NCBI GenBank assembly: GCA_942492295.1
Contig: CALODW010000005.1
Span: 1,605,214 to 1,669,213 of the forward strand
Length of the DNA: 64,000 bases
DNA from: an uncultured Alphaproteobacteria bacterium
GTDB lineage: Bacteria; Pseudomonadota; Alphaproteobacteria; Caulobacterales; Parvularculaceae
Direction of reading: 5' to 3'
Position 1 is the first letter of the stretch; each line of letters opens with the position of its first letter. A model generated the notes under the pieces. It did no database searches and was not told the origin of the DNA. It saw only the letters and a list, made by a program, of their open reading frames with translations. A program made the position numbers and the translations under genes. Positions 42,244 to 52,540 of the stretch are shown in pieces.

Positions 42244-45239
42244 TCGTCACCGCCCGGCTTATCACCACCTTGCGCCTGGCGCTCGCGGCGGCGCGCCAGA
42301 TGGTCGAACGCGCCAAACCGGTTGGCGTATTCGGCGCGCGGCTGTGAGGGATAATCAGTTGCTGGATCGGCGAAGTGGCGCAGAATGGCACGCAACCCGT
42401 CGCCAGCGTCGCGGATGAGTTCAGCGGCGTCGGCACCATCCTGCCTGACAATTTTTGTTTCTTTCTGAGAGCCACCAAACACGCGGAAAAACTCAAATCC
42501 CGCCACAGATTTTTCACCGAGATCTTCGAACCCACCGTTTTCGGCGATCAATCCGGTCAGCGGTAGCTGCGGACTAAACGTTGATTGTTGCTTGAGGCTG
42601 GGCAGCGCGCCGGTTTTGTAATCGATGATATAAACGCCGCCACTCCCCAGCACATCAATCCGGTCGGCCTGTGCGCTCAGGGTGAATTCTGCGCCATCCA
42701 CATCGAAGCACCAGACGCCTTTGCCTTCGATGATCGCCGGTTCGCCAAGCTTTACTCTTGCGTCAAACCAATCCGCCACGCGCGCGAATGCGTCTTCGAC
42801 TTGCCGGCGCCGGAACCGCATATGCGTCTCATCAAGTCCGTACTCGCCGGCGTAGTCATCGAACAGCGCCATCAACCGTTGAGGACCAACTCGCGTTCCC
42901 TCGATTTGCTCGCGAGCCATGGATTCCAGCACCTTGTGAAATAGATTACCTGCGTCGCGCGGGCCGAATGCTTCTCCTAGCGCATCCATGGCTTCAAGGC
43001 GCAAAATTCTACGCGCATAAATGGCGTAAGGATCGCGCAGCAAGGTCTCCACTTGCGTGACCGAAAGCCTCTTCGGGCGCGCCTCAACAGGCGGCTTTGG
43101 CGACGGCGCTGCGATGGGTGCGGCAGATGCCGGCTCATCCAAAGCGCTGGCGAGCCCATCCCATCGCGTCGTGACATCGACACGCCGCAGGGCATCGGCG
43201 CCTTCCAGAATGTTCCTGAGGCGGACGATCCACCGCGAAGGTTTCGTTGGCTTGCCGACAGCGCGGGTAGAACGCGTCAAAAATACTTCGCCAGCAGACG
43301 CCATCTGCGCGAAGTCATGAGCCGCCAGTCCGATGCGCCGCTCGGGCGAGGGAAGGCCCAGCTCACGACGCATGGGGCGCGATAAAAACGGATCAATCGC
43401 GGCGTCGCGCGGCCAAACGCTTTCGTTCAGCCCCGCTAAAATAACCACATCCGCGCACTGCAATCGCGCTTCAAGCGGGCCGAGGATCGAAATACGAGGA
43501 TGCGCCGGAACACGCCGCCGCACAATGCCACCTGCAATCAGGCGCGTAAAAATATCAGGATATTCCGCCGGCGCATCACGCACAATCAACGACAGCACGT
43601 CGCCTAACTGCGCCAGAAGCCCGGCGCCCGCCTCACCATCGTCACCACTCCATAATCGAATGTCACCGGGCAATTCATTTGTTGCGCACAGCATTTCCGC
43701 CGCGCGAAGATGTGCCCGATGCCGCGCCTCAAACCCCTCGTCGTCGTGCGGCCACAACGCCGCCGCGCTTTCCAGCGCCGCAACCAGATCGGCTGGCGAC
43801 CCAGCGAGCGGTTGATCCTTTTCCAGTTTCCGTTTGAGTCCTGCGATCCCCTTGGCCGGCCGCAACCCGCGTAGTGCGTGATCCATGGATTTTCTGGCGC
43901 GCCGCAACGACGCCGTAGATAAACCACCACCGAACAGTGGATGGTCCAGCAGCGCCATCAGGCGCACGGGGTCGGAAACATCTGCCAGCCAGAGCGCGAC
44001 CAGCCGCAAAAATACGCCGCAACGTGTATTTGCAAACGGCGTGCCCGCAGAATCGTCCACGTTGATATTCCAGCGCTGCATCTTAAGCGCCACGCGCCGC
44101 GACAAATCCCGGTCGGGCGTTACCAGCATCGCGGTGCGTCCGGACGTTTCGATCGTCTCGCGCAGTTTGAGTGCGATAATCGTCGCTTCGCGTTCTTCGT
44201 CGCTTGCTTCAACGAGCCAAAGACCGTCGATCGCGTTCGGAATATAGCCTTTCGCCGCCTTCGCCTCCGCCGCCCAGTCCTTCCACCCGTCGGAAGCGTC
44301 AGCCGGGCGCAGCGCCACCGAAATGAGGTCAGCACGCGAATTCTCGCCTGTCTCTGCCGGACCGGGCCAGCAACGAACATGTTCGATGGACGTTTCGAGC
44401 GACGCGAGCAGCGCTTTTAGCCCGCTTTGCGGATGCGGTTCATCAATGGAGTCCCAAACCTCGGCCGGCGCCGCGAGATCAAGCCCCGGCAACACCACCG
44501 CCCCCGCTGGAAGGTTTGAAACTACACGCATCATACGCGCTACCGCCGGTGTGGACCCGGTCGTGCCCGCAATAATAACCGGATGCTGCGGAGGCTGTTG
44601 CACCCAGCGCGCTGATTGCAAATCAATCAGCGCGACGCGACGCGCCGCCGGGTCCATTAATTCCTGAGCCGCCAGGATAGAAGGCCATTCCGAGGTGATA
44701 ATAGACAGAAATTCCAGCGAGTCCCGCCAATGCTGCGCCAGCCCCTCAGGCACGATCGCAGCCAATCGTTCAAGCGATACTTCTTCTGTATAAAGAGAAT
44801 CGAGCAGTTTTCCCAATTCATCGGCGGCGGCGATTGCGCCCGCCCAACGCCGCTGTCCGTCGAAATACGCCTTTTCCCGCTCCGCAATAATCCGCGCCAG
44901 CGACAAACGCCGCTGATCACTGGATATCGCCGGCAGCAGCGATGCTTCGTCTTCGGCTGTCCCGTTGAACAGCACGAATTCATCTTCATCAATATCGCCG
45001 AGCGCGCGAATGCGCGGTGTCAAAATCGCGTGCGCATCACTTACCTCAAGAAAAGCGTTGTTCAGCGCCCGCATGGCCCGCCGGGTCGGCAAGTAAATCG
45101 TGGTCTCCGGCAAGGTGAAGCCGCTGTCCTGAACGGACCGGGTGATGCCAACGGCGAGGTCGTGTAAAAACGGACGCCCCGAGGGAATTGAATAAAGCCG
45201 GGGGCCGGGATGGGTGAAGATATTTTCTTGCGCGGTCAT
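42240..45239 (-). CDS. addB: double-strand break repair protein AddB
   Basis: 999 aa with a C-terminal PD-(D/E)xK-type nuclease region, in the alphaproteobacterial addB-addA arrangement. Confidence 0.88.
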   Translation of the reverse strand: MTAQENIFTHPGPRLYSIPSGRPFLHDLAVGITRSVQDSGFTLPETTIYLPTRRAMRALNNAFLEVSDAHAILTPRIRALGDIDEDEFVLFNGTAEDEASLLPAISSDQRRLSLARIIAEREKAYFDGQRRWAGAIAAADELGKLLDSLYTEEVSLERLAAIVPEGLAQHWRDSLEFLSIITSEWPSILAAQELMDPAARRVALIDLQSARWVQQPPQHPVIIAGTTGSTPAVARMMRVVSNLPAGAVVLPGLDLAAPAEVWDSIDEPHPQSGLKALLASLETSIEHVRCWPGPAETGENSRADLISVALRPADASDGWKDWAAEAKAAKGYIPNAIDGLWLVEASDEEREATIIALKLRETIETSGRTAMLVTPDRDLSRRVALKMQRWNINVDDSAGTPFANTRCGVFLRLVALWLADVSDPVRLMALLDHPLFGGGLSTASLRRARKSMDHALRGLRPAKGIAGLKRKLEKDQPLAGSPADLVAALESAAALWPHDDEGFEARHRAHLRAAEMLCATNELPGDIRLWSGDDGEAGAGLLAQLGDVLSLIVRDAPAEYPDIFTRLIAGGIVRRRVPAHPRISILGPLEARLQCADVVILAGLNESVWPRDAAIDPFLSRPMRRELGLPSPERRIGLAAHDFAQMASAGEVFLTRSTRAVGKPTKPSRWIVRLRNILEGADALRRVDVTTRWDGLASALDEPASAAPIAAPSPKPPVEARPKRLSVTQVETLLRDPYAIYARRILRLEAMDALGEAFGPRDAGNLFHKVLESMAREQIEGTRVGPQRLMALFDDYAGEYGLDETHMRFRRRQVEDAFARVADWFDARVKLGEPAIIEGKGVWCFDVDGAEFTLSAQADRIDVLGSGGVYIIDYKTGALPSLKQQSTFSPQLPLTGLIAENGGFEDLGEKSVAGFEFFRVFGGSQKETKIVRQDGADAAELIRDAGDGLRAILRHFADPATDYPSQPRAEYANRFGAFDHLARRRERQAQGGDKPGGDE

Positions 45240-45967
45240 CTCATCAAGTGATCTGCGGCGCCGAGACGTTTCTCCGCCGCTTCGAGACCTTGGGGATCCC
45301 CCACATGCAACCAGTCGCCGCTATGGACGGCGCCGAACAACCGCCCACGCGCCGCCGCCAAATCCCACAAAACCCGCGTTGAAAACGCACCTTGCGGCCC
45401 CTCGTCGATCAGCGACGTCGAAATAATTTGCAGCCCCGTAAAAACAAGCGGCGCAGATTGGCTGGACCGAAGCGAAATTGTTCCGTCATCAGCACGCTCG
45501 AAATCCCCGGACCCGTCATAGCCACTGGTCCGTTCGATGGGCACGAGAAGCAATAGCGCATCCATTCGCCCAGCGTCCCATACATCCGCCAATCTCGCGC
45601 ACGCCTCCGCGCCATCGCCATCAATCAGAATTGCATCGGTGTTCGTACAGAAAATCGCACCATCGCCGAAATGGTTGCGCGCCTTTTTTAAGCCGCCGCC
45701 GGTTTCCAGCCGCTCGCCCCGTTCGTCTGAAATGACTACTTCAAGGCGATCATAACCTTGAACATGCGCTTCGACTTGTTCAGCTAGATGATGCACGTTA
45801 ACCACCGCGCGCTTTACGCCTGCTGCAGAAAAACGATCAAGCGCATAATCCATGAGCGGTTTTCCAGCAACGGGGATCAGCGGCTTGGGCGTCACGTCCG
45901 TCAAGGGCTGCATGCGCGTACCAAGCCCCGCCGCCAGCACCATGGCGGTTTTCGGCATGCCGGTCAT
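45236..45967 (-). CDS. murU: nucleotidyltransferase-family protein (MurU-like N-acetylmuramate-1-phosphate uridylyltransferase)
   Basis: Has the G-x-G-T-R nucleotidyltransferase motif (LAAGLGTRM). Part of the conserved tsaE-amgK-murU-addB-addA-trxA block. Confidence 0.78.
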   Translation of the reverse strand: MTGMPKTAMVLAAGLGTRMQPLTDVTPKPLIPVAGKPLMDYALDRFSAAGVKRAVVNVHHLAEQVEAHVQGYDRLEVVISDERGERLETGGGLKKARNHFGDGAIFCTNTDAILIDGDGAEACARLADVWDAGRMDALLLLVPIERTSGYDGSGDFERADDGTISLRSSQSAPLVFTGLQIISTSLIDEGPQGAFSTRVLWDLAAARGRLFGAVHSGDWLHVGDPQGLEAAEKRLGAADHLMR

Positions 45968-47037
45968 GACGCCAGCTCCGGCAGGTGTTTCGTCACAAAC
46001 GCCGCCAAGGGCGCAACGGCGTCACGCGTCAGATCGTTTCGGAAATGCGCCTCAACGCGCGGCAACAGGTCTAGATATCGCGGCTTGTTGTCCCGCTTGG
46101 CAAGGCGCGCAAAGATACCGAGAATCTTTGCGTTTCGCTGCGCCGCCAAGATAGCGTAGTCACGTTCAAATCCTGCACGATCAAAACCGGCGCCGGCATG
46201 ACCCACATAATGTTGCAGCATCGCCGCCGCCAGCGCGTCCGGCACATCCCGGCGCGCATCCTCCAGCAGCGACACGAGGTCGTAGGCGGCATGGCCAAAC
46301 AAAGCGTCCTGAAAATCGATGACGCCAACGCGCGCGGCTTTCGATCTGTCCGGCAGCCAGAGCAGGTTTTCCGCATGAAAGTCCCGCAATACAGGCACAT
46401 GCGGCTTTGACAGTTCCGAGGCCAGCCTCCGCCACAGCTCAGTATATTCTCTACAAAGATCTTCCGGCGCCGCCGCGCCTTTTTTAAGGGGCCAATACCA
46501 TTCCATGAGCAATGCCGCCTCGGCCTCAATCGCCAGCGCATCATATTCAAGCATGGTGTAATCGTCGCTCACTGGCGGCTGAATACGCGCGCCATGCAGA
46601 AGCGCAAGAGACTCTATCGCTGTACGATAGAGCATCTCTTCGTCCACTTTGCCGACAACCCGCGCAAACAAATCATCGCCGAGATCTTCAAGCAGCGCAT
46701 ATCCCGTCGCCGGATCCACCGCATAAATCGCAGGCGCTGAAAGCCCGGCGTCGCGCAATGCGGACGAGATCGCCACGAAAGCGTTGAGGTTCGGCCCGGC
46801 GAGCCGCGCCATGGCGTTATACCCGAGCGTCCGCCGCTCCTGAGCGTCAGCGTCTGCCGGACAGCTTGGCGCCTCCGCCGCCGGTGGGGCGATCATCAAG
46901 ACAGCCGGCCGGCCATTCTTTGTCAGCCTCTCATATCGGCGCGTGGATGCGTCACCGGCGAGCGGCGCCGCCACCGCTTCAAGCCAGCCAGCGCGCTTCA
47001 GGAAATCATCTCGTGCTTCGTCGTGGTGCGTGTTCAT
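45964..47037 (-). CDS. amgK: aminoglycoside-phosphotransferase-fold kinase (AmgK-like MurNAc/GlcNAc anomeric kinase)
   Basis: Has the APH catalytic motifs (DFHAENLL, IDFQDA). Start trimmed to the ATG at 47037 to remove the overlap with tsaE. Confidence 0.75.
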   Translation of the reverse strand: MNTHHDEARDDFLKRAGWLEAVAAPLAGDASTRRYERLTKNGRPAVLMIAPPAAEAPSCPADADAQERRTLGYNAMARLAGPNLNAFVAISSALRDAGLSAPAIYAVDPATGYALLEDLGDDLFARVVGKVDEEMLYRTAIESLALLHGARIQPPVSDDYTMLEYDALAIEAEAALLMEWYWPLKKGAAAPEDLCREYTELWRRLASELSKPHVPVLRDFHAENLLWLPDRSKAARVGVIDFQDALFGHAAYDLVSLLEDARRDVPDALAAAMLQHYVGHAGAGFDRAGFERDYAILAAQRNAKILGIFARLAKRDNKPRYLDLLPRVEAHFRNDLTRDAVAPLAAFVTKHLPELAS

Positions 47038-47047
47038 CGAATTCACT

Positions 47048-47506
47048 TTACGCGATTCCCGCTTGCGACAGGCGCGCGCGCCAGTTTTCGTTGGCGCCGA
47101 TAGCGGCCCGACAAACATCGCCCTCAACGTCCATCCGCAGCACCAGCGCCCCCTCAGGCATCAATGCCGCCGCCTGCTCAGGCCATTCAATCAACACGAC
47201 GCCATCCTCCAGCGCTTCTTCAAATCCCAGCTCCCATACGTCGCTTGGTTGTTCCAATCGGTAAAGATCAAAGTGCCAAAGCAGAAAATCTGGCGTTTCA
47301 TACGTCTCAACAAAGGTGAATGTGGGGCTTGGCGCATCGTCAACGCCCGCGATCGCCGAGATGGCGCCGCGCGCCAATGTCGACTTTCCCGCACCAAGAT
47401 CGCCGGAAAGCAACACAACATCGCCTGGCCGCAGGAGATGCGCCAGCTTTGCGCCAAATGCCCTTGTCGCCTCTTCGTTTCTTAACCGGACAATCGTCAC
47501 ATCCAC
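47048..47506 (-). CDS. tsaE: tRNA threonylcarbamoyladenosine biosynthesis protein TsaE
   Basis: Has the P-loop GDLGAGKST and the TsaE PTF.FVE motif. Confidence 0.85.
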   Translation of the reverse strand: MDVTIVRLRNEEATRAFGAKLAHLLRPGDVVLLSGDLGAGKSTLARGAISAIAGVDDAPSPTFTFVETYETPDFLLWHFDLYRLEQPSDVWELGFEEALEDGVVLIEWPEQAAALMPEGALVLRMDVEGDVCRAAIGANENWRARLSQAGIA

Positions 47507-47551
47507 CTTCGCTGACGGCGCCGAAGCGCTTCCAATCGCCGCGTAGCATGA

Positions 47552-47947
<396 letters not shown>

Positions 47948-48010
47948 GCGTTTTTCGGCGCATATTCCGCCAGCGTCGGACTTGACGAAGTCGCGTCTAG
48001 AGCGTTTCAT

Positions 48011-48025
48011 GAACAAATGCAGAAC
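48011..48025. promoter_or_regulatory. candidate alphaproteobacterial SOS box (LexA operator) GAAC-AAATGCA-GAAC overlapping the mmcB-like start codon
   Basis: A direct-repeat GAAC-N7-GAAC, the reverse strand of GTTC-N7-GTTC, is seen in the sequence. It is placed at the start of a DNA-repair-family gene. Confidence 0.5.
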
Positions 48026-48496
48026 ACCCATTTCGCGCCTCAAGCGGCAACACCACAAACCGACCTTGAGCCTGCTCGTCCTGATCGCACTCTCGCCCTG
48101 ACGCGCGGCGTGACGCGTTTGTTTCTCGATATGGGCTTCAGCCCGCTCTGTGAGTTTCGCCTCGCCAATGGCCGCCGCGCGGATGTGGCGGCGCTCGACC
48201 GGCGCGGACGGCTCACCATTGCTGAAGTTAAGTCTTGCCGTGCTGATTTTGAGGTCGATGCAAAATGGCCTGACTATCGTGACTATTGCGACCAGTTTTA
48301 TTTCGCAGTCGATCCTACTTTCCCGCTGGACATTCTACCGCAAACAGAGGGGTTGATCCTGGCTGACGAGTTCGGCGCGGCCATCTCTCGGCTTGCGGAA
48401 GAGCGCCCGCTCGCCTCCGCGCGGCGCAAAGCCGTGACTTTGCGCTTCGCGCGCCAGGCGGCAGGGCGTTTATTTGCAGCGCCGATAGAAGACTAA
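48017..48496 (+). CDS. mmcB: MmcB-family DNA repair protein (predicted endonuclease fold)
   Basis: A 159-aa protein resembling the MmcB family by recollection (conserved Asp/Glu/Lys positions RRADVAALD...EVK). Confidence 0.6.
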   Translation: MQNTHFAPQAATPQTDLEPARPDRTLALTRGVTRLFLDMGFSPLCEFRLANGRRADVAALDRRGRLTIAEVKSCRADFEVDAKWPDYRDYCDQFYFAVDPTFPLDILPQTEGLILADEFGAAISRLAEERPLASARRKAVTLRFARQAAGRLFAAPIED

Positions 48497-48500
48497 AAGT

Positions 48501-49697
48501 TTACTGCGGCGTCAGGCGAAGTACTTCGCCCACCGGCGCACCACTGCGATCCTCGGTGGTCACGTAAATGGCGCCATCCGGCCCCACGCGCACATCGCGA
48601 ATCCGCGCAGCGCGATCTACGAGGTAGCGTTCTTCACCCGCCGGTTTGCCGTCTTCGATTGTGACGTGATGCAACGCTGCGCCGCCAAGAGCACCCACCA
48701 ACAAGTCCCCGTCCCAGTCAGCGAACACATCGCCGCGATAAACAGCAAGGCCCGAGGGGGCGATCGACGGCGTCCAGTATTTCACCGGCTGAACCGTACC
48801 TTCATATTCCGTAAACGGTGTAATTTTCGCGCCATTGTAATCAATACCGTAAGTCGCGATAGGCCAGCCATAATTGGCGCCGCCTTCAACAATATTGATT
48901 TCATCGCCGCCACGGGCGCCATGCTCCGTCTCCCAAAGGACGCCGCGCCCGGCGTCATAGGCAAGTCCTTGCGGGTTGCGATGGCCCTTTGAATAAAGCT
49001 CCGGCAGGGATCCCTCTCCGAAGCTCGGATTATCTTCGGGAACGGAGCCATCTTCATTCAACCGGACGACCGCGCCGAAGCTGGTCGTCATGTCCTGCGC
49101 TTTTTCCTTATAGCGTGAGCCTTCACCGATGGTCACATAAAGTTTGCCATCTCCGCCCCAAACCATACGCCCGCCAAAATGATGCCCGGTGTCTTTTAGC
49201 GGTTTGGCATCATACAGCACTTCGAAATCATTGAACGCAGCACCGTCAAACGTCGCCCGCGCCACGCGCAATGCGTTGGCGTCCTCCGTGCCATGGGCAT
49301 AGCTGATGTAAATGACGCCGTTTTCGGCGAAGTCCGGGTGCAACAGGAGATCGAAATAACCACCCTGCCCCTGGGCGAGCGTTTCGGGCGTACCTGAAAC
49401 TGGCGTTTCGACCAGCCCGCCATCACGAATAACGCGCACCCGCCCGGCACGCTCCGTCACCAGCATCGAGCCATCCGGCAAAAATGCGAGCGACCACGGA
49501 TTCACCAGTCCGCTGGCCACGGTTTCAATTCGAAGCGCCACATCGCCAGCCGGCGCCGGATCTGCCAGCGTTTCCTGAAGGCTCGCGTCACCACCGCCTT
49601 TGGCTTTGGGCGCCGCAGCCTCGCCGTCACCCGCAGAGCACGCCGCCAATGCCGCAGCGCAACAGGCGAGGGTTAGAATTCGGTAGCGTTTCATCAT
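48501..49697 (-). CDS. PQQ-dependent soluble sugar (aldose/sorbosone) dehydrogenase lipoprotein, YliI-like
   Basis: Lipobox LAAC, a beta-propeller, and the family motifs (HxGG.L.FgpDG.LY...GHRNPQG). Confidence 0.85.
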   Translation of the reverse strand: MMKRYRILTLACCAAALAACSAGDGEAAAPKAKGGGDASLQETLADPAPAGDVALRIETVASGLVNPWSLAFLPDGSMLVTERAGRVRVIRDGGLVETPVSGTPETLAQGQGGYFDLLLHPDFAENGVIYISYAHGTEDANALRVARATFDGAAFNDFEVLYDAKPLKDTGHHFGGRMVWGGDGKLYVTIGEGSRYKEKAQDMTTSFGAVVRLNEDGSVPEDNPSFGEGSLPELYSKGHRNPQGLAYDAGRGVLWETEHGARGGDEINIVEGGANYGWPIATYGIDYNGAKITPFTEYEGTVQPVKYWTPSIAPSGLAVYRGDVFADWDGDLLVGALGGAALHHVTIEDGKPAGEERYLVDRAARIRDVRVGPDGAIYVTTEDRSGAPVGEVLRLTPQ

Positions 49698-49829
49698 GAG
49701 CGACCTTCCGTTTGACGAGCTATTTTCCTAGCACATGGGTAGGCGTTGCGTGTTATCAGCGTCAATATTGCGAAATGCAGAAAATGCGCGCAATTCAAGC
49801 GACGCGGCAAAGGAAGCAGGGTGGGGCCG

Positions 49830-50264
49830 ATGACAATTTTGAGAACTTTCCTGGCGTATCTCGCCTCGGTCGCCGGGACGTACGCGCTTGCCACGACATT
49901 TTACACCCAGCAGGTCATTTCAAAGCAGGCTGAAATCGGTGCGGTTTATACGGCTGAACAGCAATTCGGCACCTACATCGACAACCTCACCGGACTATCG
50001 ATTTATGGCGTGGTGATTGCGATCACGCTGCTTATCGCCTTTTTAGTCGCGTTTGGCGTGAAGCAAATCCTAAAGCCCCTTTCCATGATCGCCTATCCTG
50101 CCGCCGGCGGCGCGGCGATGCTTGTCATGTTGATCTTGATCGAACAGCAACTTGGTGGCGGCGCCGGCATCATTGGCGGCGCCCGCGATGCGTTCGGGAT
50201 CGGATTGCAATGTCTGGCGGGGTTTCTTGGCGGATGCTTGTTTTCCGTTTTCCGTCCGCGCTAG
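49830..50264 (+). CDS. hypothetical membrane protein (about 145 aa, 4 TM)
   Basis: Hydrophobic ORF immediately upstream of phoR. Start trimmed to the ATG at 49830. Confidence 0.5.
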   Translation: MTILRTFLAYLASVAGTYALATTFYTQQVISKQAEIGAVYTAEQQFGTYIDNLTGLSIYGVVIAITLLIAFLVAFGVKQILKPLSMIAYPAAGGAAMLVMLILIEQQLGGGAGIIGGARDAFGIGLQCLAGFLGGCLFSVFRPR

Positions 50265-50279
50265 GAAGCGCGCACCAAT

Positions 50280-51677
50280 ATGCAGGAAGATCTCGCCAGC
50301 CTTATTCGCAACACCGCCGCACAAGTGCGAGCGCGCGATTTCATGTGGGCCGTGGGGATCAGCGCCGGTGTCGCCGCAGCGCTGATCATCGCCAGCCTCG
50401 CCGACTGGCGCCTTGCGTTGCTCGCGTGGTTCGCTTTCATGGCGGCGCTGGCGGTTCGCTACCGGTTTTCGTCAGGCCGGGTTTGGGCGGCGCCGGTCCA
50501 GCGCATCATCGAAACGGAGTTGAATGCGCAGGAGGCGGAGCTGGCCCGGCTGCGTATGGTTTATGGCGTCGCAAGAGTATTGCCGGAACCGTTGTTTATT
50601 CTTGATGCGGATGGATTGGTGGAGCATGCCAATCCGGCGGCGTTGGATCTGGTCGGTCTGCCGGAAGTCACCGGACGACACTTCGCATCGGTCCTGCGCG
50701 CGCCGATCGTATTTGAGGCCGCCGAAACCGTACTGGCGGCGAACGAGCCCGCCACCGTCGAATTCACAACGCCCGGAGGCGTCGAACGCACATGCCGCGC
50801 CTATGTGGCGCCCATCGATGTTGGTATCGACAGCGCCAAACAGGAGCGCCCCCGGGCGCTGGTGTTTATCCGCGACCTCACCACCGAACGCCGCCTGGAA
50901 CAGATGCGCGCCGATTTCATCGCCAGCGCCAGCCACGAATTGCGCACTCCGCTGGCGTCCGTCATCGGCTTTATCGAAACCCTGCGCGGTCATGCAAAGG
51001 ACGACCCCGAAGCGCGGGAGAAGTTCTTGTCCGTGATGCTTTCACAAGCCGAGCGCATGCAGCGACTGGTCGCGGACTTGATGTCCCTGTCGCGCATCGA
51101 ACTCAACGAACATGTGCCGCCGCGCGAAAATGTGGACCTTGCTGAACTCGCCCATGACGTGATGGAGAGTTTAACGCCGCTGTTTGAGGCGGCGGGCGCG
51201 ATCGTCGACTTTACAAAAGACGACGATGCGGACACTGCTGTTCGCGCCGACCGTGATGAAGTCTTTCAGGCGATCCAGAATCTCATCGACAATGCCGTGA
51301 AATATGGCGGCGACCCAGCCATGGTGAAAATTCGTGTTGGCCGCGGCGCGGCCCCGGCCTCCTTCGCGGACGGTCCGCCGGCGCACCGCGCTGGCGACAG
51401 CGCCGAACAGGTGGCCGCGCGATTGGGCATTGGCGTTGATGATCTGGTCTTTGTTCAAGTCCGCGATTTTGGACCGGGCATTGAGCGCGCCGACCTGCCA
51501 CGCCTGACCGAACGATTTTATCGCGTTAATGTAGAGCGCAGCCGCAAAAGCGGCGGCACCGGTCTTGGGCTGGCGATCGTGAAGCACATTATGAACCGTC
51601 ACAAAGGCGGGTTTCAGATCGAAAGCCGGCTCGCCGGCGGCACCGTTTTCGCCTGCCATTTCCAACATTTGCGCTGA
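50280..51677 (+). CDS. phoR: phosphate regulon sensor histidine kinase PhoR
   Basis: A TM region, a PAS-like region, an H-box (ASHELRTPL), and N/G1/G2 boxes. Lies upstream of phoU-phoB. Confidence 0.88.
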   Translation: MQEDLASLIRNTAAQVRARDFMWAVGISAGVAAALIIASLADWRLALLAWFAFMAALAVRYRFSSGRVWAAPVQRIIETELNAQEAELARLRMVYGVARVLPEPLFILDADGLVEHANPAALDLVGLPEVTGRHFASVLRAPIVFEAAETVLAANEPATVEFTTPGGVERTCRAYVAPIDVGIDSAKQERPRALVFIRDLTTERRLEQMRADFIASASHELRTPLASVIGFIETLRGHAKDDPEAREKFLSVMLSQAERMQRLVADLMSLSRIELNEHVPPRENVDLAELAHDVMESLTPLFEAAGAIVDFTKDDDADTAVRADRDEVFQAIQNLIDNAVKYGGDPAMVKIRVGRGAAPASFADGPPAHRAGDSAEQVAARLGIGVDDLVFVQVRDFGPGIERADLPRLTERFYRVNVERSRKSGGTGLGLAIVKHIMNRHKGGFQIESRLAGGTVFACHFQHLR

Positions 51678-51794
51678 GGAAAATTTACAGGCGCAAAAAA
51701 TGCGCCTAGAACGGTCAGCCAACAAGAATTTGTCATAATAAAAAGGCAAGTAAGCGCCCTTCCACCCCGGTGTTTACAGTAAGGCGACTTCGAA

Positions 51795-52526
51795 ATGGCT
51801 ACCGCAGCCCCGCAATCCTCCTATCAGGCGCGTCTCGCTCTCGAGACGGCGCTTTCGCGCATGGCCGCGCAGGTGGAGAACCAGCTCGCCAAGGCGGTGA
51901 CTGCGTTTGAGCGCCGCGACCTGCCGGCGGCGGAAGCCATTATTGCGGCGGACGCGCGGATTGATGCGCTTGATGACGAAATTGAGCGGCAGGTGATGGA
52001 TCTCCTGCAAAAAGGACCACTGCCGGAAGAGGCGTTGCGGGAAGTCATGACGATCAGCAAGCTCGCTGGAGAGCTGGAACGTGTCGGCGATCTCGCCAAA
52101 AACGTCGCAAAGCGCACGCTGGTGGTCAGCCTCGAGGCGCCCGCCCGCCCGACTTCCGGCGTTGCGCGCATGGGCCGGGCAAGCCTGCGGCAATTTTCAG
52201 ACATCCTCAACGCTTACGCCGCCCGGAATCTCGATGCCGCCAAAGCCGTTTGGGGCGGTGATGACGAGCTTGATGAGCTCTACAATTCGGTCTTCGAAGA
52301 AGTGCTGGTCGCCATGATGGACGATCCGAAACGGGTCAACGCCTGCACACACCTTGTTTTTACTGCAAAAAACTTTGAGCGCGTCGGCGACCACGCCACC
52401 AACATCGCCGAAGCCCTGCACTTTCTGATGACCGGCTCCCGCATTCTCGAACAGCGCCCAAAAGGCGACAAGACCTCGACAACCATCGTGTCGCCGCCTA
52501 AGCAGTCCGGAACCGCAAACGGATAG
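51795..52526 (+). CDS. phoU: phosphate signalling complex protein PhoU
   Basis: Two PhoU repeats, each with the E(D)xxxD metal-binding motif. Confidence 0.93.
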   Translation: MATAAPQSSYQARLALETALSRMAAQVENQLAKAVTAFERRDLPAAEAIIAADARIDALDDEIERQVMDLLQKGPLPEEALREVMTISKLAGELERVGDLAKNVAKRTLVVSLEAPARPTSGVARMGRASLRQFSDILNAYAARNLDAAKAVWGGDDELDELYNSVFEEVLVAMMDDPKRVNACTHLVFTAKNFERVGDHATNIAEALHFLMTGSRILEQRPKGDKTSTTIVSPPKQSGTANG

Positions 52527-52540
52527 AATGAGCGAAGCCA

